From Acidobacteriota bacterium (GTDB lineage: Bacteria > Desulfobacterota > Desulfovibrionia > Desulfovibrionales > Desulfovibrionaceae): a DNA stretch of 64,000 bases. The position numbers and the translations under genes are program-made. The stretch lies in assembly GCA_046566965.1 (NCBI GenBank), contig JBKICU010000036.1:27059-91058 (forward strand). Reading direction: 5' to 3'. This document shows positions 1 to 11,791 of the stretch, one piece after another (position 1 is the stretch's first letter; each line of letters starts with the position of its first letter). The notes beneath the pieces were generated by a model. The model was not told the origin of the DNA and ran no database searches. It saw nothing but the letters and a program-made list of their open reading frames with translations.

Positions 1-3000
1 CCGCGCCGTGGCGGCGGTCTCGGGCGCGGCGGGGTTCGCGTCGGCCAGGGCCGCCAGGGTCAGCGCCGCGGCGCGAAGCGGCGAATCGAACACATCGTCC
101 GATCGGGGTGCGGGCGCGGCCTGGGTCAGGTCCGCCAGCAGCGGCTCGCCGCCCTTGGAGTTTCCTGCCGCCACATAGGCCGCAGCCAGAAGCGCCCGGG
201 CGTCCGAGGGGAGCTTCGCGCCGATCTTGGTGCGCAGATGATCCATCATGCCCCGGTCGGGCTTTCCGGCGCGGGCCAGCACGTACAGGCCGTAGGCCTG
301 GGTCTTCTGGCCGCCGAGGGTGGTCTGCTGGCGTTTCACGAAATCAGCCAGATAGGTCAGGGCCTGACTCAAGGCCTGCGGGGCAACCTGATACCCGGCC
401 TTGGAGGCTTCCAGCAGGAAGTGGGTGGCGTACACGCTGGCCCAGGGCTGTTCGCGCTCCGCGCCCGGCCACATGCCGAAGCCGCCGGAGTAGAGCTGCA
501 TGGACAGCGCCCGGCTGATGCCCTGCTGCACGGCCGCCTCGGGGGAGGACTTGGCCAGGGCCTCCGGCTCCAGTTCCCTGGCGAGGTTCGAGAAGTACAA
601 CAGTGGGAAGGCCTTGGACACGGTCTGCTCGATGCACCCGTAAGGATAGCCCAGGAGCGTCTCCAGCTTCCCGGCGTAGCGCACCAGGGGATAGCGCCCC
701 AGGCGCAGGTCGCGCCGCAGGGTCCCGGGCAGGAAGCCCGCCGCGTCGGCGGCCTTCAAGTCAACCGCCGGGCCCCCTTCTGCCCCATTGGAGCCGGACA
801 GAACGCGGCTCACGGCGGGCAACGGCGAGCGCACCAGAAGCTCGGCCCGCGCGTCCGTGGATTCATTGTTGCCCACGGCCTTGAGCGTGAGTGCCGCCAC
901 GCCCTCGGATGCGCCGGTGCGCACGGTGAAGAACACGGTGCGCTCCTTGCCGCTTTGGATGTCCAGGGTCTTCACCGGCTCGTCCGCGTTCATGGGGCCG
1001 GACGCGTCCAGGGACAGCCTGAAGCTGCCGTCCGTGCCGGTGTCGTTGCGAAGGGTCACGGGCAGGCGCATGGTCTCGTCCATCTGGGCGAAGCGCGGGA
1101 ATGTGGGCAAGAGCACCAGCGGGCTTTTCACCCGCGTCGTGTGCTGGGCCGAGCCGAAGCGCAGGCCGTTCACTGCCACGGCCATGATGCGCAGCGCCCC
1201 CTGGAACTGGGGAAGTTCGATGGTCCACTGCACGCGGCCCTGGGCATCGGCCTTGAGCGGTCCGGACCAGTAGGCCACGGACTTTTCGCCCTGGGGCGAT
1301 TCTGTTCGCAGGAAGCGGCTCAGGTCCTCGTCGCCGCCTGCTGGGGCCTTCCTCACCTGGGGTTTGGCCTCGGGCAGGAGCATGGCCCAGGTGTCGTAGG
1401 AGGTCACCTCCAGGCCGCGCTTGGCGTAGAAGGCGGCCCAGGGGTCCGGTGTCTTCTGGGCGATCAGCTGCAGGATGCCCTCGTCCACGGCGGCCAGGGT
1501 CACGATTGACCCCGGATCGGCCTTGGCGGTGATGGTCAGGCTGGTCTTGGGCTTGACCATTTCAGGGGCCATGATGGCCACGTTCTGGCGTCCGGCCTCG
1601 CGGGCCACGTTCAGCGACAGGGTGCCGAAGGCGCGCCCGGCCTGGTTGGACTGCACGTCCGTGCCTTTTCGGGCCAACATGCCGGTGACGTACACGTTGG
1701 GCGCGTAGCCGGGCTTTATCGGCACGCTGACCTCGCCGGTGTTGGCGGGCAGGTCCACCACGTACACGTCCTTCACCCCGGTGGATTCCACGGTGAGCAG
1801 CAGCTTGCCCGGGAAGGGCGCGCGCACCTGGAGCTTGGCGGTCTCGCCGGGCAGATAGTCGGTCTTGCCTGCGACGAATTCCAGGCGCGCCGGATTTTCC
1901 ATGGCCCAGGGGTTGTAGCCCTGGCCGTCGGCCCAGAAGCTCTGCTGCGCGGCGGCCCCGGTGGCCGGGTCGGTCAGCACCAGCCGGTAGCTGCCGTATT
2001 TGGGCGGGGTGAAGGCCACCTGTCCCGTGGCGCCGGGGGAGGCCAGCACGCGCTTCTCCACCAGCTTGGCGTCGCGCTTGGTCTCGTACTTGAAGCCGCG
2101 CCCGTCCTCGGTGCGGCGAAGCACGGTCTGCCAGCGGTCCTCGAAGAGCTCCGCGGTCAGGGCCTGCGCCTGGGCCTCCTGGCCCTGGCCGTCCAGCACA
2201 ACGTACTCGAAGGTGTGGGCCTGTCCGGGAGCGAGGCCCGAGTCGCCGAGCTTCTTCAGGCCCGGATAGGCCGGGTAGGCGTCCACGGGAATCCTGGCCC
2301 GCGCGGCCACGCCGCGCCCGCCCGCCTCGCTGACCCTGGCCGTGACCACGGCGTACAGGGCCGCCGGGGGCTTCAAGCCCGCCGGGATCGCGGCGGCGTA
2401 CGCGGCGCGTCCTTCGTCATCGAGCTGGGCCTGTTCCTGGGAGATGGTCTGGGGCTCGAACACGCGCTCCGGGTCGCCGAAGACGTAGCCCTCGTAGCCC
2501 CTGGGGGCAAACGGCGCGGGGGTGAGCACCACCTGGGCTTCGCTGGCCATGCCGGACGCCGGCGCGCCGAACAGGTAGCGGCCCTCCACGGTGAACTTGA
2601 GGTCTTTTCCTGGGGCGGCGCGCTCCACGTCCGGCTTCACGGCGGTGGAGATGCGGTCGGGCTTGAAGTCCTCCACCTGGAAGCGGTACTGGCCGATGGG
2701 CTCGTCGCCCACCATGGCTTCCAGCAGGTACGGCCCGGTGGGGAAGTGCACGGGCATGGTGCGCGAAAATGCCGCGAGGCCCTGGGCGTCGGTCTTCACC
2801 GTCTCCAGGCCGATCTCGCGCCCCTGCGGGTCGGACCAGCGCAGCTTCACCGGCATGGGAGCCGGGGTCTTGAGGCTCGGGTCGCGCACGGCGATCATGC
2901 CCGTGGCGGACTCGCCGGGGCGGTAGATGTCTCGCTCGCCCCACAGGAAGGCCTGATAGCCCGCCTGGGCCACTTCCACGCCGGACACGTCAAGGCCCGT

Positions 3001-4884
3001 CATGTCGGTCTGGAAGCGCTCGAACTGCAGGAAGGAGTAGTCCGTGTCCTTTTCCACGGTGATCATGTAGGGCTGGCGGTCCTCGCCCAATTCCGAGAGC
3101 CCCACGCCCAGCCACAGGCCGCGCGCGTCGGTGGTGCCCTGCCAGATGACCTGGTTCTTGGAGGAGAGCACCTTCACCCGCGCCCCGGCCACCGGGGACA
3201 GGTCTTTGAGCGAACTGACCCAGACCATGATGTCGTCATGCCCGCGCTTGGCCGCGATGCCCAGGTCCGTGACGAGCATCCAGCGCTGATCCTGCCAGCT
3301 CTCGTAGGATTTTCCGGTCTCCTTGGCCCCCAGGCGCACCCGGTACAGGCCGGGCTCGAAGTCCTTGAGGTGCGGCCAGAGGTCCGTGGTGGTGCGCTGC
3401 TGCTGGTTCTTCACCTTGGGAGTCTTCACCGTGTAGTCCGCCAGGGAGTCCCCCAGGTAGGGCAGGAGCTCCATGTCCGCGCCGTATTCGGCGTCACCGA
3501 AGGTGGTGTCGTCGTAGTAGTTCAGGCTGAAGAAGATGTTGTTGCGGTACACGCGCTCCACATTCACCCGTACGGAGGCCGTGTTCACCGAGCGGACCGC
3601 CACGGACTTGGAGCCGCTTTTGGTCAGGAACATGCCTTTGTCCGCGAAGGAGGCCGAGGGGCTCAAGTCCGGCAGATTCACCGTAAGGCCCTGGCGGCCG
3701 GCGAGGCTCCTGCCGTCCACGGCCTTGAAGCCCTGGTCCAGGGCCAGGGTGTAGGCGTTTCCGGCCTGGAAGGGGCCGCGCAGGCGGATGGAGCGGTCGG
3801 GTTCGGTTTCCTCGATGGTGAAGGCCACCTGGGGCGTGACGCTTAAGGAGCGCTTCAGCTCGCCGGGATCGACCTTGGCGCTGAAGCGCAGGGTGATCAC
3901 GCCTGGTTCGTTGTCCTGGGGCGGGTAGGGCTCTGCGCGCTCCAGGGAGAAGTCGCCGCCGGTCTCGGGGATGGCCGCGATCTGGGCCTGCCAGGCTTCG
4001 CCCGGGCCGCCGCCCAGGCACACGCCGTCGATGTCGCGGTCCACGCGCACGGTCAGGGTGCGCTTGGGGTCGAGCGGCACGGGTTCGCTGACCAGCAGGA
4101 TCTGGCCACCAGGGCCACCCTGCATGTCCGGCCCGTCCTGGCCTTCCTGGGCTTCCTCGCCGGGTTTCTTGTCCGGGTACCGGGCGGGGATGGGGCTTCC
4201 CTCCCCGCGCAGGGGATCGATGAACGCGACCTTGCGTGCCAGGGCCTGGCGGTCCACCGTGCCGTTGAACTCCATCCATACGTAGGCCCGGCCCTTGGTC
4301 TTGTCTTCGGGCGTTGTGTCGAAATAGGTGCGGAACTCGCGCAGCCACAGGCAGCTCTGGGCCACCGTGATGGTCTTGTCCCCGGCCAGCGCCGTGCCCT
4401 GGGGCAGGAAGGCGTCGGGGTTGGCGGTCAGCCTGTAGTTCTGGCTGGTGCTGAAGCGGTTGCCGGACTTGGCCGTGAAGGTGAGGACCTGCGGGGCGGA
4501 CCAGGACCACTGGCCGGGAAGCTCCGGCTCGATGGAGAAGGGCGCGCCTTCCAGGGGCTTTTCCAGCATGGATTCGCCCACGGGCTTGTCGAACACGATG
4601 TGCAGGGTGTTGCGGTGTTTCCAGTCCACGGAGAACTTGGCGATGGACACGGCGGCGCGGCCCTTGTCGGACGTGGCCGGAGCGGGGCTGGCCGGGGCCT
4701 GCGTCCGGGCGCCGGTCTGGTCTCCGGATTGCCCGCCGGATTGGCCGCCAGCCTGCCCGGATGTCTGGACCGGGGGTTGGGCCTCCTGCCCCCGCCACAG
4801 GAAATACTCCTGGATGCCAACCACCAACAGCAACACGATGATCACAAGCGTCTTGACCGAGGACGGCTGGCCGTTCTGGCTCAT
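1..4884 (-). CDS. Bacterial alpha-2-macroglobulin family protein (3' end outside window)
   Basis: Not in the ORF track because its stop lies outside the window. ATG at 4884 after GGAGC; N-terminus MSQNGQPSSVKTLVIIVLLLVVG; MG2-type 'WGERDIYRPGE'; thioester motif YPYGCIEQ (GCIEQ at 625-639) in frame with the start. Confidence 0.9.
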   Translation of the reverse strand, partial: MSQNGQPSSVKTLVIIVLLLVVGIQEYFLWRGQEAQPPVQTSGQAGGQSGGQSGDQTGARTQAPASPAPATSDKGRAAVSIAKFSVDWKHRNTLHIVFDKPVGESMLEKPLEGAPFSIEPELPGQWSWSAPQVLTFTAKSGNRFSTSQNYRLTANPDAFLPQGTALAGDKTITVAQSCLWLREFRTYFDTTPEDKTKGRAYVWMEFNGTVDRQALARKVAFIDPLRGEGSPIPARYPDKKPGEEAQEGQDGPDMQGGPGGQILLVSEPVPLDPKRTLTVRVDRDIDGVCLGGGPGEAWQAQIAAIPETGGDFSLERAEPYPPQDNEPGVITLRFSAKVDPGELKRSLSVTPQVAFTIEETEPDRSIRLRGPFQAGNAYTLALDQGFKAVDGRSLAGRQGLTVNLPDLSPSASFADKGMFLTKSGSKSVAVRSVNTASVRVNVERVYRNNIFFSLNYYDDTTFGDAEYGADMELLPYLGDSLADYTVKTPKVKNQQQRTTTDLWPHLKDFEPGLYRVRLGAKETGKSYESWQDQRWMLVTDLGIAAKRGHDDIMVWVSSLKDLSPVAGARVKVLSSKNQVIWQGTTDARGLWLGVGLSELGEDRQPYMITVEKDTDYSFLQFERFQTDMTGLDVSGVEVAQAGYQAFLWGERDIYRPGESATGMIAVRDPSLKTPAPMPVKLRWSDPQGREIGLETVKTDAQGLAAFSRTMPVHFPTGPYLLEAMVGDEPIGQYRFQVEDFKPDRISTAVKPDVERAAPGKDLKFTVEGRYLFGAPASGMASEAQVVLTPAPFAPRGYEGYVFGDPERVFEPQTISQEQAQLDDEGRAAYAAAIPAGLKPPAALYAVVTARVSEAGGRGVAARARIPVDAYPAYPGLKKLGDSGLAPGQAHTFEYVVLDGQGQEAQAQALTAELFEDRWQTVLRRTEDGRGFKYETKRDAKLVEKRVLASPGATGQVAFTPPKYGSYRLVLTDPATGAAAQQSFWADGQGYNPWAMENPARLEFVAGKTDYLPGETAKLQVRAPFPGKLLLTVESTGVKDVYVVDLPANTGEVSVPIKPGYAPNVYVTGMLARKGTDVQSNQAGRAFGTLSLNVAREAGRQNVAIMAPEMVKPKTSLTITAKADPGSIVTLAAVDEGILQLIAQKTPDPWAAFYAKRGLEVTSYDTWAMLLPEAKPQVRKAPAGGDEDLSRFLRTESPQGEKSVAYWSGPLKADAQGRVQWTIELPQFQGALRIMAVAVNGLRFGSAQHTTRVKSPLVLLPTFPRFAQMDETMRLPVTLRNDTGTDGSFRLSLDASGPMNADEPVKTLDIQSGKERTVFFTVRTGASEGVAALTLKAVGNNESTDARAELLVRSPLPAVSRVLSGSNGAEGGPAVDLKAADAAGFLPGTLRRDLRLGRYPLVRYAGKLETLLGYPYGCIEQTVSKAFPLLYFSNLARELEPEALAKSSPEAAVQQGISRALSMQLYSGGFGMWPGAEREQPWASVYATHFLLEASKAGYQVAPQALSQALTYLADFVKRQQTTLGGQKTQAYGLYVLARAGKPDRGMMDHLRTKIGAKLPSDARALLAAAYVAAGNSKGGEPLLADLTQAAPAPRSDDVFDSPLRAAALTLAALADANPAAPETAATAR

Positions 4885-5009
4885 GGATGGGCTCCCGGAT
4901 TTGAGTATTCTTCCAGGTACGATAGCACGATGGCCCGCTTTTGCAACGTCCGGGCGCAGGCCTTGCCCAGCTTGACGCGGCGGAGCCTTTCACCCATAAG
5001 ACCCGGGTT

Positions 5010-5708
5010 ATGAACAACACACCCCAGACGCTCAGCGTGGTGATCCCCGTCTACAACGAGAGAGCCACCATCCTGGAGATCCTGGACCGCGTGCAGGCCC
5101 AGCCCGAAGTGAACGAGGTGGTCCTGGTGGACGACTTCTCCACGGACGGCACGCGCGACGTGCTGCGCACGCTGGAAGGCCGGGAGAACGTCCGGGTGCT
5201 CTATCATCCGTTCAACCGGGGCAAGGGCGCGGCCCTTCGCACCGGTTTCGCCGCCGCCACCTGCGACATGGTGCTCATCCAGGACGCCGACCTGGAGTAC
5301 GACCCCGCGGATTATCCGAGCCTGCTGGCCCCCCTGCTGATTGGCCGGGCGGACGCGGTGTTCGGCTCGCGCTTCCTGGGCGGCACGCACCGGGTGCTCT
5401 ATTTCTGGCACTATCTGGCCAACCGCTTCCTGACGCTTCTCTCCAACGTGTTCACGGGGCTGAACCTCACGGACATGGAGGTCTGCTACAAGGTGTTCAG
5501 GCGCGACGTGCTCGAACGCATGACCCTGGTGTGCGACCGCTTCGGCATCGAGCCGGAAATGACCGCCAAGGTGGCCCGCCTGCGCGTTCGCGTCTACGAG
5601 GTCCCCGTCTCCTACTACGGACGCACCTACGACGAGGGCAAGAAGATCGGCTGGCGCGACGGCGTGGCCGCCATCTACTGGATCCTGCGCTTCGGGCTGG
5701 GGCGCTAG
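5010..5708 (+). CDS. Glycosyltransferase family 2 (DPM1-like)
   Basis: [36 protein letters not shown] motifs. Confidence 0.9.
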   Translation: MNNTPQTLSVVIPVYNERATILEILDRVQAQPEVNEVVLVDDFSTDGTRDVLRTLEGRENVRVLYHPFNRGKGAALRTGFAAATCDMVLIQDADLEYDPADYPSLLAPLLIGRADAVFGSRFLGGTHRVLYFWHYLANRFLTLLSNVFTGLNLTDMEVCYKVFRRDVLERMTLVCDRFGIEPEMTAKVARLRVRVYEVPVSYYGRTYDEGKKIGWRDGVAAIYWILRFGLGR

Positions 5709-5744
5709 AAGCCCGTCCCACGCGCCGCGCCCCATCGTTCGCCC

Positions 5745-6929
<1,185 letters not shown>

Positions 6930-6962
6930 CCAGGCCGGATCTGCACCAAGGAGACCATCCCT

Positions 6963-7196
6963 ATGTCGCGAATTGTCATCGACGAGGCGCGCTGCAAAGG
7001 CTGCCTGCTCTGCACCACGGTCTGCCCCGTGACCATCATCCGCCAGTCGCGGGACATGAACGCCCAGGGCTACAAGATCGTGGAGGTCGACCCCGAGCGT
7101 TGCAGCGAATGCACCGGGTGCACCGCCTGCGCGCAGATGTGTCCGGACCTGGCCATCGTGGTCTATCGAACCCGCAAGGGCAAGGAGGCCGCATAA
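6963..7196 (+). CDS. 2x[4Fe-4S] ferredoxin, delta subunit of 2-oxoacid oxidoreductase
   Basis: Two CxxCxxCxxxCP motifs; first gene of the oxidoreductase operon. Confidence 0.92.
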   Translation: MSRIVIDEARCKGCLLCTTVCPVTIIRQSRDMNAQGYKIVEVDPERCSECTGCTACAQMCPDLAIVVYRTRKGKEAA

Positions 7197-8251
7197 TGGC
7201 CGACCAGCGCATCTTCGTGAAGGGCAACGAGGCCGTGGCCATGGGCGCGCTGGACGCCGGGCTCAAGGGCTACTTCGGCTACCCCATCACCCCCCAGAAC
7301 GAAATCCCCGAATTCATGAGCAAGCACCTGCCCGAGGCCGGGGGCGCGTTCGTCCAGGCCGAGAGCGAACTCGCGGCCATCAACATGGTGATGGGCGCGG
7401 CTTCCACGGGCAAGCGCGCCATGACGAGCTCCTCGGGGCCGGGCATCTCGCTCATGCAGGAGACCATCTCCAACATGGCCGGAAGCGAAACCCCCTGCGT
7501 CATCGTGAACATGATGCGAGGCGGGCCGGGCGTGGGCGACATCAACACCGCCCAGGGCGACTATTTCCAGGCCACGCGCGGCGGCGGCCACGGCGACTAC
7601 CGCACCCCCTGCCTGGCTCCGGCCACCTGCCAGGAAGCCTACGACCTGACCATCGCGGCCTTCGACCTGGCCTTCGCCTACCGCACCCCGGTGCTCATCG
7701 TGGGCGACGCCATCCTGGGGCAGATGAAGGAACCCCTGCTTCGCCGCCCCCCCATCGCCATCGACCCAGGCGAGGGAGCCGAATGGCGCCTTGGCGGCAC
7801 CAGCGGGCCGAACCGGCGCTTCGTGCGCTCCCTGCATCTGGCCGAGGGCAAGCTTGCCGAGGTGAACGTGCGGCTCCAGGAAAAGTACCGCGCCATCCAG
7901 GCCCACACCCGCTACGAGAGCTTCCGGACCGAGGACGCCGAGCTTGTGGTGGTGGCCTTCGGGTCCACCGGACGCATCGTGAAGTCCGGCATTCGCAAGC
8001 TGCGCGCCAGGGGCCTCAAGGTGGGACTGTTCCGGCCCATCAGCCTGTACCCCTTCCCGGAGCAGGCCCTTCGCGACCTGGCCTATTCCGGCAAGCGCTT
8101 CCTGACCATCGAGCACAACATGGGCCAGATGGTGGACGACGTGCGCCTGGCCGTGCGGGGCCTGGCCGACTCCGACTTCTTCGGCGCGCTGCCCGGCAAC
8201 ATTCCCAATCCCGACGAGTTCGAGGCCGCCATCGAACGCGCCTGCGCGTGA
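7196..8251 (+). CDS. vorB: 2-oxoacid:ferredoxin oxidoreductase alpha subunit (VorB-like)
   Basis: KGNEAVA, GYPITPQNE, QAESELAA, TSSSGPG; TAATG overlap with the upstream gene. Confidence 0.85.
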   Translation: MADQRIFVKGNEAVAMGALDAGLKGYFGYPITPQNEIPEFMSKHLPEAGGAFVQAESELAAINMVMGAASTGKRAMTSSSGPGISLMQETISNMAGSETPCVIVNMMRGGPGVGDINTAQGDYFQATRGGGHGDYRTPCLAPATCQEAYDLTIAAFDLAFAYRTPVLIVGDAILGQMKEPLLRRPPIAIDPGEGAEWRLGGTSGPNRRFVRSLHLAEGKLAEVNVRLQEKYRAIQAHTRYESFRTEDAELVVVAFGSTGRIVKSGIRKLRARGLKVGLFRPISLYPFPEQALRDLAYSGKRFLTIEHNMGQMVDDVRLAVRGLADSDFFGALPGNIPNPDEFEAAIERACA

Positions 8252-8259
8252 GGACTTCC

Positions 8260-9018
8260 ATGAGCGAAACCATAGCATTCACCCGCACGCCCTCCGTGGC
8301 GGACGTGGCCACCCACTACTGCCCCGGCTGCCAGCACGGCGTGGCCCACAGGCTCGTGGCCGAATACCTGGACGGCGTGGGCCTGGCCGAGAAGACCATC
8401 ATGGTCACCTCCATAGGCTGCTCGGTGCTCCTGTACAACTACCTGCTCTTCGACGCGGTGGAGGCCCCCCACGGGCGCGCCCCGGCCGCGGCCACGGGCG
8501 TCAAGCGCACCAACCCGGACAAGGTGGTGTTCACCTACCAGGGCGACGGCGACCTGGCCTCCATCGGCATGGCCGAGATCATGCACGCCGCCAACCGGGG
8601 CGAGCGCATCACCGTGGTGTTCGTCAACAACACCGTCTACGGCATGACCGGCGGCCAGATGGCCCCCACCACCCTGATCGGCCAGAAGACCACCACCAGC
8701 CCGGCCGGGCGCTGCTCCTCGAACGAGGGCATGCCCATGCGCATGGCCGAGATCATGGCCTCGCTTCCCGGCGTGGCCTTTTCCGCCAGGGTGGCGCTCA
8801 ACTCGGTGAAGCACATCGCCCAGGCCAAAAAGGCCATGAAACACGCCTTCGAGGCCCAGCTGGAAGACCGGGGACTCGGGTTCGTGGAGCTTCTGGCCAC
8901 CTGCCCCACCAACTGGAAGATGAATCCGGTGCAGGCCAACGAGCGCATCGAGAGCGACCTTATCCCCTATTATCCCCTGGGCGTGTTCAAGGACGCCAAG
9001 AAAAGCGGGGTGTGCTGA
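8260..9018 (+). CDS. 2-oxoacid:ferredoxin oxidoreductase beta (TPP-binding) subunit
   Basis: HYCPGC, SIGC, YQGDGD..NN TPP motif, TCPTNW. Confidence 0.92.
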   Translation: MSETIAFTRTPSVADVATHYCPGCQHGVAHRLVAEYLDGVGLAEKTIMVTSIGCSVLLYNYLLFDAVEAPHGRAPAAATGVKRTNPDKVVFTYQGDGDLASIGMAEIMHAANRGERITVVFVNNTVYGMTGGQMAPTTLIGQKTTTSPAGRCSSNEGMPMRMAEIMASLPGVAFSARVALNSVKHIAQAKKAMKHAFEAQLEDRGLGFVELLATCPTNWKMNPVQANERIESDLIPYYPLGVFKDAKKSGVC

Positions 9019-9554
9019 TGTACGCGGACGTCATCATCGCCGGATTCGGCGGCCAGGGCGTGGTCCTGGCCGGGACGCTGCTGGCCCAGGCGGCCATGGA
9101 GCACGGCCTGCACGTCACCTTCATGCCCGTGTACGGCCCTGAGATGCGCGGCGGAACGGCCAACTGCACCGTGGTCATTTCCGACGAGGAGATCGGCTCG
9201 CCCATCATCCAGAGCCCGGTGGGGCTCATTGCCCTGAACAGGCCCTCGCTCGAGAAGTTCCAGCCCAGGCTGGCCGACGGCGGCGTGCTGGTGCTGAACT
9301 CCTCGCTCATGGACGCCAGGCTGGCCGACGCCACTCGGGTGAAAGCCCGGGCCGTGCCCTGCAACGAGATAGCCGAGCAGGTGGGCAACACCCGCATGGT
9401 GAACATGGTGGCTCTGGGCGCGTACGCCAAGCTCTCGGGCGCGCTGCCGCTGGAGCGGCTCCAGCAGGCGCTCAGCCACGTGATTCCGGGCCACTACTGC
9501 CACATGATCCCCAAGAACGCAGAAGCCTTGCAGGCGGGTTACGACGCCGCATGA
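9018..9554 (+). CDS. 2-oxoacid:ferredoxin oxidoreductase gamma subunit
   Basis: IAGFGGQG, YGPEMRGG, NMVALG. Confidence 0.92.
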   Translation: MYADVIIAGFGGQGVVLAGTLLAQAAMEHGLHVTFMPVYGPEMRGGTANCTVVISDEEIGSPIIQSPVGLIALNRPSLEKFQPRLADGGVLVLNSSLMDARLADATRVKARAVPCNEIAEQVGNTRMVNMVALGAYAKLSGALPLERLQQALSHVIPGHYCHMIPKNAEALQAGYDAA

Positions 9555-9564
9555 CCTGACGCAC

Positions 9565-9588
9565 AGGGGGGCTAGCGCCCCCCTTTTT
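9565..9588 (+). terminator. Rho-independent terminator
   Basis: GGGGGG CTAGCG CCCCC hairpin followed by a T run after the gamma subunit gene. Confidence 0.7.
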
Positions 9589-9620
9589 CATGGCGCGCCG
9601 ATCCGCCCGAGAGACCCAGA

Positions 9621-10460
9621 ATGCCGCAGACACGCATCCCCGAGAAGATTTTCGGCATCATCGGCCATCCCCTGGCCCAGACCCTGTCGCCGCTTTTGCA
9701 CAACTGGGGCTTTGAACGCCTGGGCGTGCGCGCCTGCTACATGGCCTTTCCCACGCCTCCGGAGCGGCTGGCCGCGTTCGTTCAGGCCGTGCGGACCCTG
9801 CCCGTGTCCGGGCTTTCGGTCACCATCCCCCACAAGGAGGCGGTGATGCCCCTGCTGGACGCGGTCTCGCCCCTGGCCCGGCGCACGGGCGCGGTGAACA
9901 CCCTGGTCTGGGAGGGCGGGCGGCTGGTGGGGCACAACACCGACGTGGCAGGGTTCCTGTCGCCGCTTCTGGAGCTGAAGTCCGCCACAGGGAGCGTGCC
10001 GGAGTCGGCCCTGGTGCTGGGAGCCGGCGGCGCGGCCAAGGCCGTGCTGGCGGGTCTGCATGAGATCGGCGTGACCCGGATAACCGTCTGCAACCGCGAT
10101 TTCGAGCGCGCCGCCGCCTTTGCCTCGCAGTTTTTGGCCGACGCCGTGGCCTGGGAACGCCGCCACAGCGTGGAGGCGCGCCTGGTGGTGAACACCACCC
10201 CCATGGGCATGACCGGCAAGGCCCCGGATGTGTCCCCCCTCCCGCAGCAGTACTGGACCCCGGATCATCTGGCCTACGACCTGGTCTACAATCCGCGCCG
10301 CACGCTCTTTCTGCGTGAGGCCCAGGCCGCCGGGGCGGGCGTCATCGACGGCCTCTCCATGTTTGCGGCCCAGGGCGCGGCCCAGTTCAGGCTCTGGACC
10401 GGGCTCGAGCTTCCCATGCGGGAGGCCGAGACGCTTCTGGCCGACGCGCTCGGGCAGTAG
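9621..10460 (+). CDS. aroE: Shikimate dehydrogenase
   Basis: GIIGHP..SP.LHN, SVTIPHK, GAVNT, NTDVAG, LGAGGAA, DLVYNP. Confidence 0.95.
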   Translation: MPQTRIPEKIFGIIGHPLAQTLSPLLHNWGFERLGVRACYMAFPTPPERLAAFVQAVRTLPVSGLSVTIPHKEAVMPLLDAVSPLARRTGAVNTLVWEGGRLVGHNTDVAGFLSPLLELKSATGSVPESALVLGAGGAAKAVLAGLHEIGVTRITVCNRDFERAAAFASQFLADAVAWERRHSVEARLVVNTTPMGMTGKAPDVSPLPQQYWTPDHLAYDLVYNPRRTLFLREAQAAGAGVIDGLSMFAAQGAAQFRLWTGLELPMREAETLLADALGQ

Positions 10461-10558
10461 CCCGGATTCCATCGCCTCCCGAAGGGCTTTTCCGCCGGAA
10501 AAGTCTGTGCTACGCAAAACCAAGGCGTACCAATCGGGAATTGCATGGAGTCCGGCAC

Positions 10559-11695
10559 ATGAAGTCCAGATTCGCCAATATTCTGCTTTTGGTCGTGTCT
10601 ACAATGACGTGCCTCGTTCTCTTGGACGGGGCGTTTCGCTTTTACGAGAGCCGGGCCTTGACGGCGTCCTACCGTCCTGACGGACCGGTCGTGGACCTGC
10701 AAGCCCTCAATTACAACGACTCAAGCATACCCAAGGCCAAGGCGGACACGGAGTTCAGGATACTGAGCTTCGGCGACTCCTTCTGCCACGCCATCGTGCA
10801 ATTCCCGGCGTCCTATAACGGAGTGGCCCAGGCTCTTCTTTCCGGCCCGGAACGTCCCATGCGGATAGTCAACTTCGGGGAACCCAGCTCCTCCTTCCCG
10901 CAGTATATCGCGGCCATGGCCAACTGGGCCGGGCAGATCGCGCACGACGCGCTCCTTGTGAACATCTTCCTGGGCAACGACCTTTCCGAGGCAGCACGCG
11001 GCGAGGTGCCGGACGACGGGGTCATAAACCGCGTGCTGGGGGACAACTTCGTGGACGTGCAGACCGGGCGCAAGCGCATGAGCCATGTGCCGCGCCTGTT
11101 CGCCCTGCGCATGGCCGACTATGTCTACGCTCATTACCTCTGCGCCACCGAGGGCCAGTTCGTACTGAAGGACGTACCCCCGCCGTACACGCACGCCCTG
11201 GGTCCCCTGGACGAGGCCGCGTACCAGCGCGTGGCCGCGCGCCATCTGGAGGCCTGCGATCCGCAGGCCCTGGCCCTGCTGGCCCGGGGATACGAGGGTG
11301 TAGCTGCACTGGGCCGGTATCTGGCTGGTGAGATGGCAAGAGGCTTGAGAGTGCTTGTGATGCTCTCGCCAGCGGAGGTGCAGGTGAACGACGCCGTATT
11401 CGAGAGGATGGCGGCACGCATGAACGCGGACCCGGCCCGCTTCGACCGCGACCTGCCAAACCGGCTGGTGGCGCAGGCGCTGGAAGCCGCCGCACCGGGC
11501 ATCCCCGTGCTGGATCTGACGCCCGTACTGCGCCAGGCCACGAAAGCGGGAGCATGTCTTTACTACCCCATGGAGACCCACTGGAACGTGGAGGGCAACA
11601 AGGTGGCGGGCAAGGCCCTGGCGGACTGGATCAAGGCCCGCTGGCTTGTGCCGCACGCTGTGGCGGAGCAGCGGCCAGGGCAGGGAGCGCAGTAG
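10559..11695 (+). CDS. Membrane-anchored SGNH-hydrolase-like protein (AlgX/AlgJ-like)
   Basis: N-terminal TM helix, FGDSF, GND, C-terminal ETHWN. Confidence 0.65.
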   Translation: MKSRFANILLLVVSTMTCLVLLDGAFRFYESRALTASYRPDGPVVDLQALNYNDSSIPKAKADTEFRILSFGDSFCHAIVQFPASYNGVAQALLSGPERPMRIVNFGEPSSSFPQYIAAMANWAGQIAHDALLVNIFLGNDLSEAARGEVPDDGVINRVLGDNFVDVQTGRKRMSHVPRLFALRMADYVYAHYLCATEGQFVLKDVPPPYTHALGPLDEAAYQRVAARHLEACDPQALALLARGYEGVAALGRYLAGEMARGLRVLVMLSPAEVQVNDAVFERMAARMNADPARFDRDLPNRLVAQALEAAAPGIPVLDLTPVLRQATKAGACLYYPMETHWNVEGNKVAGKALADWIKARWLVPHAVAEQRPGQGAQ

Positions 11696-11791
11696 AAACG
11701 CGCAGCCTCGGGGTCTCGCGTCCGGCATAGTTTCTGCTTTACCCGCGCTGACCCGCTGTCGTATGATTCCGCCGATCATCGGAGTCGCTCC

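Noticed and set aside
108-4975. Many long plus-strand and alternative-frame ORFs
   Set aside because: Shadow ORFs of the GC-rich alpha-2-macroglobulin gene; no motifs. The same applies to long antisense ORFs elsewhere (e.g. 10721-13696, 23495-26812, 57589-59634).
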